Assembly (NCBI GenBank): GCA_903908535.1
Contig: CAIVSE010000033.1
Location: 1 to 53,059 of the forward strand
DNA: 53,059 nucleotides
From: Candidatus Doudnabacteria bacterium
GTDB taxonomy: Bacteria; Patescibacteriota; Doudnabacteria; UBA920
Direction: 5' to 3'
Below, one piece after another: positions 9,000 to 16,091 of this stretch; within the stretch, counting starts at the first letter, position 1, and each line of letters opens with the position of its first letter. The translations under genes and the position numbers were made by a program. The notes under the pieces are model-generated. The model saw nothing but the letters and a program-made list of their open reading frames with translations, was not told the origin of the DNA and searched no databases.

Positions 9000-9279
9000 T
9001 AATGGTTTTAATAAGGGAATTAATAAACTTGTCTTTGGTCAGGAAATAATAAATATTGTTGCCGCTGCGTTCTGTGGCCACCATTTTGTTGTCCTTCAGC
9101 AGCTGCAAATGGTGGGACACGCAGGGGAGGTTCATACCAATTTCCCTGGCAATTTCTGTGACGTTGGCCCGATCCCTTTTTGACAGCAGCTGCAAAATGC
9201 GGATGCGCGCAGTGTCGCCGGCCAGCTGCAACAGGCGGGTTTGACGTTCCAGTTTTTTGGTTAAAGTGATAGGAGACAT
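8992..9279 (-). CDS. ArsR/SmtB-family transcriptional regulator
   Basis: It is a 95-aa winged-HTH protein: LAGDTARIRILQLL....NVTEIAREIGMNLPCVSHHLQLLKDNKMV. Confidence 0.8.
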   Translation of the reverse strand: MSPITLTKKLERQTRLLQLAGDTARIRILQLLSKRDRANVTEIAREIGMNLPCVSHHLQLLKDNKMVATERSGNNIYYFLTKDKFINSLIKTINA

Positions 9280-9471
9280 AGTTTAAGTAATTTAGTATTT
9301 AAACAACTATTTGAATAGTAAACAATTTTTGATATACCGTCAAGGGGGGCTAGCTATGCGAGACCGCCGTAGTTTTCAGTTGACAAACTCGTACAACAAA
9401 AAGCCTCTCTTAAATATGAGGGCCTTTATTTACCTAATAAAAAAACCGAGACAAGTTCAGGGTTTTTTGTT

Positions 9472-9546
9472 TGGTAGCGCCACGGAGAATCGGACTCCGA
9501 TTCACAGCTTGAAAAGCTGTTGTCCTAACCATTAGACGATGGCGCC
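9472..9546 (-). tRNA. tRNA-Glu (anticodon UUC), CCA encoded
   Basis: The reverse complement is GGCGCCATCGTCTAATGGTTAGGACAACAGCTTTTCAAGCTGTGAATCGGAGTCCGATTCTCCGTGGCGCTACCA. The anticodon loop is TTTTCAA. The T-loop reads TCCGATT, with C where U55 is expected. Confidence 0.85.
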
Positions 9547-9665
9547 ATATTATATGCAGTTTCAACTTAGGCTATTTTACCATAAAAGCTTGGCTTTTTC
9601 AAGCCGCCAATACATGCTATAATTGGGGCAAAAGGTCGAAGCTTAAGAAACAAAACAACAATTTT

Positions 9666-10043
9666 ATGGACTCTGTAATAGTTCTAGCCAGGATTAGCGG
9701 CATTATGTGCCTGCTCATCGGTCTTTCGGTGATGAATAAAAGCAACATGGCCGCTATTATGTATGAGTTGGAAAGCAGTAAGGGCCTGTTTTGGTTTATT
9801 GGCTTTATGGCGGCTTTAATTGGTGCCATTATGTTGGCTGTTTACAGCACCTGGAGCGCCCATTGGCCGGTATTACTGACCATTTTGGGCTGGCTGGCCC
9901 TGCTGAAGGGGATTGCCATTATGCTCTTCCCGTCTTCAGCCTGGCATTCATTTTACCGCAAATTCAAAGCCAGCGGCATCGTTATGTTTAGCGGCATTAT
10001 TGCGTTATTGGTGGGTATTATTTTATTGTATAAAGGTTTTTAA
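9666..10043 (+). CDS. Small integral membrane protein (about 4 TM segments)
   Basis: Hydrophobic segments run throughout the product. No family was recognised. Confidence 0.6.
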   Translation: MDSVIVLARISGIMCLLIGLSVMNKSNMAAIMYELESSKGLFWFIGFMAALIGAIMLAVYSTWSAHWPVLLTILGWLALLKGIAIMLFPSSAWHSFYRKFKASGIVMFSGIIALLVGIILLYKGF

Positions 10044-10046
10044 GGC

Positions 10047-10092
10047 CGCAAAAAAACCGATCCGTTTTTGCGGGCCGGTTTTTTATTTTTTT
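10047..10092. terminator. Bidirectional terminator between convergent genes
   Basis: Stem CCGCAAAAA...TTTTTGCGG has an A-run on one side and a T-run (TTTTTTATTTTTTT) on the other. Confidence 0.6.
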
Positions 10093-10483
10093 ATTGCGCA
10101 GTAATGTTATCCAGGGTAAAGCTGGCCAAGCCACCGGTGTAGCTAATATTTACCGGCTTGCCGACCAGCGCGCTGTAGTCGCGGCTGGTGTTGAGGTAAA
10201 TAACGTGGCCGGAGACGGTTATCATGTAGTTGCCTTTGGCCGTGTTATTGGAAGCCATCAGCGTGGTCTGCCAGGTGGCGCTGGCTGACGGCATGGCCGA
10301 AGAAGGCGCCGGGGTGGAATTATTAGCCGGCTGGTTAACGCTTTGGCTGGTGGACGGCGTGCTGGAAGGTTCGGGGGCGGCAGAACCGCATCCGGCGGCC
10401 AATAAGACTATCACAGGCACTAACAACAGGAGTTTTTTTCCCGCGAAGCGGGATCCCGCTTTGCGGGACATAAGCTTGTTCAT
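10091..10483 (-). CDS. Putative lipoprotein
   Basis: The signal peptide carries a lipobox (LLAAGCGS) and is followed by an S/T/P/A-rich linker. Confidence 0.65.
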   Translation of the reverse strand: MNKLMSRKAGSRFAGKKLLLLVPVIVLLAAGCGSAAPEPSSTPSTSQSVNQPANNSTPAPSSAMPSASATWQTTLMASNNTAKGNYMITVSGHVIYLNTSRDYSALVGKPVNISYTGGLASFTLDNITAQ

Positions 10484-10526
10484 AATTAGGTAATTTTAAT
10501 TACCCTAATTATAGCACTTTTTTATT

Positions 10527-10778
10527 CTATGCCGTGTTCCGATGGAATATCCTGCCAATCCAGATAATAATCATAGCTCCAACTATAGCTACAATAAAGC
10601 TATAGAGATTAAAGCCGGTTACGCCCTGGCTGCCCAAAGCGTTCATAATAAAGCCGCCCAACAAAGCGCCGATAATCCCCAAAATAATGTCCCAGACTAT
10701 CCCGTGGCCGCTGCCCATAATTATTGAGGCCAGCCAGCCCACAATTGCGCCAAAAATTATCCAAAGTATGATATTCAT
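10527..10778 (-). CDS. GlsB/YeaQ/YmgE-family (transglycosylase-associated) membrane protein
   Basis: The 83-aa product has Gly-rich TM helices: IIFGAIVGWLASIIMG...GIIGALLGGFIMNALG. Confidence 0.8.
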   Translation of the reverse strand: MNIILWIIFGAIVGWLASIIMGSGHGIVWDIILGIIGALLGGFIMNALGSQGVTGFNLYSFIVAIVGAMIIIWIGRIFHRNTA

Positions 10779-10879
10779 GAGGTATTTTTTTAATGATTCT
10801 CTTTAATTAGACGCAAAGGTAGGCTCACTGTTGCCGATGACTTGAAATTCCCGGCAATTCATGGAATAATGAACATACC

Positions 10880-11656
10880 ATGCCAAACAAAAATGTTGAC
10901 GGGATAAAAGACCGGCGGCCTAAAATCGGCAAATCGGCCGCGCCCAGGGTAAAAAGCCGGATAGCCGCAAAAAGGCCGGTCAAAACATCGGTTTATGCCC
11001 CGCAAGCCTCTTTTAGTTTTATTTGGAACAAAACTTATTTATTAACGGCAGTGGTTGTTGTTATTGTCTTTATCGCTTTTGCCTCGGGTATGGGTTTTGC
11101 CCTGGAAACCCCCAAAAGCGACGCTGACAGTATTGCTCCGCCAGTACCGGCAGGTATGGTGGCCAATTTCGGAAACGTACCGACCGCCCCTTCCACCACC
11201 ACAAGCAGTCTTTCCGGCGTTGACATTTTTAATGTTCCGCTCCAGATTTTGCAAACTTATCTGCAAAACCCCGAGACCGGCAACTTGGCCTTAGACCAGC
11301 GCAAAGTTGAGCTTAAACAATTTTTAACCGACCATAATTCTCCTTTGGTGGATGTGTCTGATACTATTGCCGAACAGCCCCACTGGCAGCTAATACTTTC
11401 CATCTCCTTTGCCGAAAGCACGCTGGGAAAAAACTGCTATAATTTTAACTGTAGCGGAATTGGAGGCGCAACCAGCATTAAATCTTATAAGAGTCTGACC
11501 AACTGGATTTTGGATTTTAACCGTTTGCTGGACCAAAAGTACAATAACTGGACTTTGGATGAAATGTGCGGCGTCTATGTGAAGCCGTGCACCAACAGCT
11601 GGCTAAACGCCACCAGCCAAATTTTAGACCAATTAAAACAAGCTAATATTAATTAA
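10880..11656 (+). CDS. Membrane-anchored hypothetical protein (possible glucosaminidase-like C-terminal domain)
   Basis: It has a basic N-terminus and one TM segment. The C-terminal FAESTLGKN..NCSGIGG weakly resembles muramidase/glucosaminidase motifs. Confidence 0.5.
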   Translation: MPNKNVDGIKDRRPKIGKSAAPRVKSRIAAKRPVKTSVYAPQASFSFIWNKTYLLTAVVVVIVFIAFASGMGFALETPKSDADSIAPPVPAGMVANFGNVPTAPSTTTSSLSGVDIFNVPLQILQTYLQNPETGNLALDQRKVELKQFLTDHNSPLVDVSDTIAEQPHWQLILSISFAESTLGKNCYNFNCSGIGGATSIKSYKSLTNWILDFNRLLDQKYNNWTLDEMCGVYVKPCTNSWLNATSQILDQLKQANIN

Positions 11657-11657
11657 C

Positions 11658-12713
11658 ATGAATAAAGATTTTGCAAAGGGATTAGCCGCGGCTGGCATTG
11701 TGGCCGGTTTATTCCTGACGTTCCAGAGTTTTGGCGCTACTACCAAAACTGTGGTTCTTTCCGATGAACAACAGGGAATTATGGCCGTGCGTACAGCTAA
11801 AGCTTCAGTGGTCAGCATTGTGGGCGCTACAACGGCAAATGCCACAGTAACCAGCCCCAGCCTGACGCCCGTGGATACCGTGGCCGGTACGGGTTTTGTG
11901 GTCAGCTCCAGCGGTTTAATTGTCAGTAACGACCACGTGGTTTCCGATCCGACCCTAACTTATAACGTCAGCTTAATTGACGGTACGGAATATCCGGCCA
12001 AGATTTTGGCCATGGATAAATATGATGATATTGCTATTTTAAAAATCCAGGCCGACGGCCTGACCCCGGCCGCGCTGGGGGACAGCGGCAGTTTGGAAAC
12101 CGGTCAGACCGTGTTTGCCATTGGCAATGCCCTGGGCCAGTACCAGGACACTGTCACCCGCGGAGTGGTTTCCGGACTTAACCGCGCGGTTGAGCCGCCC
12201 AGCGACACCAGCGCGCCCACGCCCAGGCTGCAGGATATGATCCAAACTGACGCGGCCATTAACCCCGGCAACAGCGGCGGCCCGTTAATAGACATGAACG
12301 GGGACGTGATTGGCATGGATACGTTAATAGATACCGGCGGCGCGGGCCTGGGTTTTGCTATTCCCATTAATACCATCAAAAGCGTGGTCAGCCAGCTGGA
12401 AACTTACGGCAAGGTGGAAAAGGCTTACCTGGGCGTGGAATTTGAAACTGTGGACCCGGAAATTAAGGCTGCGGAAAATTTGACGGTATCCAATGGCGCT
12501 TTTGTTGACCAGGTGGCGTCCGGTAGTCCGGCAGCCGCGGCAGGACTACAGGCTGGCGATGTGATTGTGGCCATTAACCACCAGCAGCTGACCCAGGAAA
12601 ATGAACTGGATACCGTGGCTTCCCAGTATGCTCCCGGCGCGCAAATTTTAGTTACTTATGTGCGCAACGGCCAGCAAACCGACGCGGCCTTGGTGCTGGG
12701 GGTGTTGCCGTGA
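11658..12713 (+). CDS. htrA: HtrA/DegP-family serine protease with PDZ domain
   Basis: The catalytic serine motif GNSGGPL, trypsin-like His/Asp regions and a C-terminal PDZ domain (GSPAAAAGLQAGDVIVAIN) are present. Confidence 0.88.
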   Translation: MNKDFAKGLAAAGIVAGLFLTFQSFGATTKTVVLSDEQQGIMAVRTAKASVVSIVGATTANATVTSPSLTPVDTVAGTGFVVSSSGLIVSNDHVVSDPTLTYNVSLIDGTEYPAKILAMDKYDDIAILKIQADGLTPAALGDSGSLETGQTVFAIGNALGQYQDTVTRGVVSGLNRAVEPPSDTSAPTPRLQDMIQTDAAINPGNSGGPLIDMNGDVIGMDTLIDTGGAGLGFAIPINTIKSVVSQLETYGKVEKAYLGVEFETVDPEIKAAENLTVSNGAFVDQVASGSPAAAAGLQAGDVIVAINHQQLTQENELDTVASQYAPGAQILVTYVRNGQQTDAALVLGVLP

Positions 12714-13630
12714 TTTATAGCACGATAATTATTGGCGGCGGGCCGGCCGGATTGACTGCGGCTCTTTACGCGTCCCGCGCGGAGTTAAAGCCGTTGCTGT
12801 TTGCCGGGCTGGCTCCCGGCGGCCAGCTGATGCAGACTTCGGAAGTGGAAAATTTTCCGGGCTTTCCGGAAGGCATTTTAGGGCCGGATTTAATGATGAA
12901 CATGATAAAACAGGTGGAGCATTTTGGCACGGAGATAAAAAACGAAAACGTTACGGCCGTGGATTTTTCATCTAATCCTTTTAAAGTGATTTCGGATAGC
13001 GGTACATTTTTGGCAAAAACCGTAATTATTGCCACGGGCGCGGAAGCTAACTGGCTGGGTTTGCCCAACGAACAAAGGCTGCGCGGCCATGGTGTGAGCG
13101 CTTGCGCCACCTGCGACGGTTTCTTTTTTAGGGATAAGGATGTAGTGGTAATTGGCGGCGGCGACAGCGCCATGGAAGAAGCCAATTTTTTAATTAAATT
13201 TGCCAAGAGCGTGACGATTATCCACCGGCGGGACGAATTTAAAGCCTCCAAGATTATGCTGCGGCGTGCCCAGGACAATAAAAAAATCAGTTTTTTGATG
13301 AATACGGAAGTGGTGGATGTATTGGGCGACAAAGTTGTGGAAGGGATAAAGGTAAAAAATAAGGTGACCGGCGAAGAACAGGTTTTGAATGTCCAGGGAT
13401 ACTTTGCGGCTATTGGCCATACGCCGACCACCAAAATGTTTTCTGTCGCGGGAGTGGAAGTGGACCAAAAAGGCTATGTGGTCGTTAAAAATAATACACG
13501 CACAAATATAGAAGGCGTGTTTGTGGCCGGGGATGTTAATGACCACCGTTACCGCCAGGCGGTTTCGGCCGCGGGTATGGGCTGTATGGCGGCGCTGGAT
13601 GTGGAAAAGTACCTGGCGGAAAAAGAATAA
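12710..13630 (+). CDS. trxB: Thioredoxin-disulfide reductase
   Basis: It has GGGPAG FAD motifs, the redox-active CATCDG, a GGGDSAMEEA NADPH motif and GVFVAGDV. Confidence 0.93.
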   Translation: MIYSTIIIGGGPAGLTAALYASRAELKPLLFAGLAPGGQLMQTSEVENFPGFPEGILGPDLMMNMIKQVEHFGTEIKNENVTAVDFSSNPFKVISDSGTFLAKTVIIATGAEANWLGLPNEQRLRGHGVSACATCDGFFFRDKDVVVIGGGDSAMEEANFLIKFAKSVTIIHRRDEFKASKIMLRRAQDNKKISFLMNTEVVDVLGDKVVEGIKVKNKVTGEEQVLNVQGYFAAIGHTPTTKMFSVAGVEVDQKGYVVVKNNTRTNIEGVFVAGDVNDHRYRQAVSAAGMGCMAALDVEKYLAEKE

Positions 13631-13644
13631 TTCCCGCAGAGCGT

Positions 13645-13830
13645 TAATTTTTCTTAGTCCGTCGCCAAGTCCTTTTGCCGGACACGTTCGGTTTTCTCCT
13701 GCGGAAAACCTCACTCAGAACTTTGTCCAAAAACTTTATTTTATTGCTTCAAAATAAAGACCAAGCTTTTTGGCCAAAGTTATGGTCTGGACAAAAGGAC
13801 GTTGGTTCCGACTGTATAGGAAAAATTAAG
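13645..13830 (+). repeat. Nested-hairpin intergenic element, copy 3 (TTAA-type termini)
   Basis: The termini TTAATTTTTCTT...AGGAAAAATTAA pair with each other. The internal modules are the same as in copies 1 and 4. Confidence 0.85.
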
Positions 13831-14014
13831 CCTAACACCGGTCAGACCTTATTTTTTTGAGGCGAGGATTGTATGAGGTAATAATTTATCTTTATAAAGT
13901 CAAGGCCACACCCCCAACGGTTCCCTAGGGTGTGGCAAATAAGTAAAACATTATAGTAAATTATGGACGAGTTCCGCAGACCAAAAAAATTATGGTCTGG
14001 ACGGAAGTATATTT

Positions 14015-14362
14015 ATGGTTATAATTATAGGCAAAGTTATCAAAGGGGAGCAGTATGGCCGGAAGTTAGGTTTTCCCACTGCCAATTTGGACCGGAGAGA
14101 GTATAATAGGAAAGGGTTGAAGATAAAATTTGGGGTATATGCCGGCACATCCAGCACCGGGCATAAAGCGGCTATTGTGATTGGTCCAATGGATAAAAAA
14201 GGTTTACCCAAGCTTGAAGCGCATCTGATAGGTTACAAAGGAAATTTGTACGGCAAAAAAGTAACGCTGACATTAATAAAATATCTTAGGCCATTTAAAA
14301 AATTTAAAACAGAAGGCGAGCTAAAACAGGCCATCGCGAAAGATATTAAAGCTATTAAATAA
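14015..14362 (+). CDS. Riboflavin kinase (stand-alone RibF C-terminal-type domain)
   Basis: The motif GKVIKGEQYGRKLGFPTANL is present. At 115 aa there is no FAD-synthetase domain. Confidence 0.8.
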   Translation: MVIIIGKVIKGEQYGRKLGFPTANLDRREYNRKGLKIKFGVYAGTSSTGHKAAIVIGPMDKKGLPKLEAHLIGYKGNLYGKKVTLTLIKYLRPFKKFKTEGELKQAIAKDIKAIK

Positions 14363-14433
14363 AGATAAATCTGTATTAACTCCTCGGCTCGCAAATTAAT
14401 AAATTAATTTTCTCGCACTACGTCGTTAATAAT

Positions 14434-15033
14434 ATGTTTACCGGGATTATCGCCGCTTCATCAAAAATAACTTCCGCCAAAAAAACCCCGGGCGGTATGC
14501 TAATTTCCCTTAATACTCCCATAGGCTGGAAGGTTAAAGTGGGCGACAGTATAATCGTTAACGGTGTCTGTTCCACTGCCAAAAAAGTCGGCAAACAGAT
14601 TGAGTTTTTTTATATGCCCGAAACCCTGGCCAAAAGCGCGGCCGGGAGTTTAAAAATCGGCGACTTGGTGAATTTAGAACAATCCATGCGTCCCTCGGAC
14701 CGTCTGGACGGCCACATTGTCCAGGGGCATGTGGATACCACTGGTAAAATTGCAAAAATAGGCAAACGCGGCGATTCTTATGTTTTGGAAGTCGCTCCGG
14801 TGTTAAAAGACAAAAGTTTGATGAAACTTTTGGCGCCCAAAGGCTCCATTGCCATAGACGGAATCAGCTTGACTGTGGTGGATGTGTTTAAAAATTCTTT
14901 TACCGTGAACTTAATTCCTTATACCTGGGAGGTGACGGATTTACACACAAAAAAAGTTGGGAATTTGGTGAATTTGGAGTTTGACGTTTTGGCTAAATAT
15001 TTAAAAAGATTAATACCACAGATACACAGATAG
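14434..15033 (+). CDS. ribE: Riboflavin synthase alpha chain
   Basis: It starts MFTGII, has duplicated lumazine-binding repeats (GDSIIVNGVCST / GSIAIDGISLTV) and is 199 aa long. Confidence 0.9.
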   Translation: MFTGIIAASSKITSAKKTPGGMLISLNTPIGWKVKVGDSIIVNGVCSTAKKVGKQIEFFYMPETLAKSAAGSLKIGDLVNLEQSMRPSDRLDGHIVQGHVDTTGKIAKIGKRGDSYVLEVAPVLKDKSLMKLLAPKGSIAIDGISLTVVDVFKNSFTVNLIPYTWEVTDLHTKKVGNLVNLEFDVLAKYLKRLIPQIHR

Positions 15034-15103
15034 AAACAGATAACACAGATGATGCGCATGGCGCAGTTATCCGTGCAATCAGTGGTATCCGTGTATCTGT
15101 GGA
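15015..15103. repeat. Intergenic inverted repeat with ACAGATA iterations between ribE and ribH
   Basis: The perfect 12-nt arms are CCACAGATACAC and GTGTATCTGTGG. Inner pairs are AGATAAC/GTTATCC and TGCGC/GCGCA. ACAGAT(A/G) occurs four times within 15018-15051. Confidence 0.6.
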
Positions 15104-15111
15104 ATATATTT

Positions 15112-15555
15112 ATGCAAATAGAAAATAAAGAAGTCCGAAAAATATCCGCGGCCGGGAAAAAAGTCGGCATTGTGACCTCGCGATTTAACCGTGAAATTAC
15201 GGAAGCCTTGCTGCAATCGGCTAAACAAGCTTTAAAAGATGCCGGAGTGGCGGAGGCGGATTGCCAATTTATCAGCGTGGCGGGAGCCATGGAAATTCCT
15301 TTTGCCCTGCAGAAGCTGGCCCATGATAAAACTTTTGATTGTTTAGTGGCCATTGGCTGCGTTATCCGCGGCGAGACCCCGCATTTTGATTACGTCTGTA
15401 AAATGGCGCAGGAAGGCCTGCTGCGCGTAAGTTTGGACAATGCTATTCCCATTGGGTTTGGAATTATTACGGTTAACGATTTGGCGCAAGCTCAATCCAG
15501 GCTGCGCCTTGGCGGTGAAGCGGTGTTAGCGGCTTTGGAATTGGCCCTTCTGTAA
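15112..15555 (+). CDS. ribH: 6,7-dimethyl-8-ribityllumazine synthase
   Basis: The internal Met gives MQIENKEVRK..KVGIVTSRFN, AGAMEIPFA and GCVIRGETPHFDYV. The longer track ORF begins inside the intergenic hairpin. Confidence 0.88.
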   Translation: MQIENKEVRKISAAGKKVGIVTSRFNREITEALLQSAKQALKDAGVAEADCQFISVAGAMEIPFALQKLAHDKTFDCLVAIGCVIRGETPHFDYVCKMAQEGLLRVSLDNAIPIGFGIITVNDLAQAQSRLRLGGEAVLAALELALL

Positions 15556-15557
15556 AT

Positions 15558-16043
15558 ATGTACGATGTTATAATTATCGGCGCCGGTCCGGCCGGCTTAA
15601 GCGCGGCCTGGCACGCCAAACAAAAAATGCTTCTGACCCTAATTTTGGCCAAGGATGTGTTTTTGGGCCACACTGTTTATGGGATGGATTTTTCCGAAAT
15701 TATCCCCGAGGTTGAAAAGTGTGATGTTATTGCGCTGGAAAAAAATATTGTCAGTTTTAGCGTGGAAGTTAAAGCGGGGCAGCAATATTTTGGGCGGTCT
15801 GTTATTATTGCCACCGGCTGTACGGAAACGGAAGGTAATACCGTTTTCGATAGGCTGACTTTAAAGGATGCCTATAACAAAATTATGGTGGATGCCAATA
15901 TGCAGAGTAACATTCCCGGCTTGTACGCGGCCGGGGATGTGTCGGTAACCTTGGCCAAAGGTATTGCGTCTGCTATATTGGAGGGGGGTAAAGCCGTTTT
16001 AACGCTTGACAAAATTCTCAAAAAGACTGATAATAAAGCTTAA
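15558..16043 (+). CDS. Short FAD-binding oxidoreductase (TrxR-like, no NAD(P)H domain)
   Basis: It has an N-terminal IIIGAGPAGLSAA and a C-terminal GLYAAGDV but is only 161 aa. Its start lies 3 nt after the ribH stop. Confidence 0.65.
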   Translation: MYDVIIIGAGPAGLSAAWHAKQKMLLTLILAKDVFLGHTVYGMDFSEIIPEVEKCDVIALEKNIVSFSVEVKAGQQYFGRSVIIATGCTETEGNTVFDRLTLKDAYNKIMVDANMQSNIPGLYAAGDVSVTLAKGIASAILEGGKAVLTLDKILKKTDNKA

Positions 16044-16091
16044 ATGTTATATATTTTAAGCATTATTTGTAAAAACCTATAACTAACTTCT

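Noticed and set aside
12766-13434. 222-aa minus-strand ORF (and 13190-13714)
   Set aside because: It is antisense to trxB, which has all catalytic motifs, and its own sequence is low-complexity.
13831-14433. FMN riboswitch upstream of the riboflavin genes
   Set aside because: I could not find the conserved RFN core. Only a simple hairpin (GCCACACCC...GGGTGTGGC) and a remnant of the repeat family are present.
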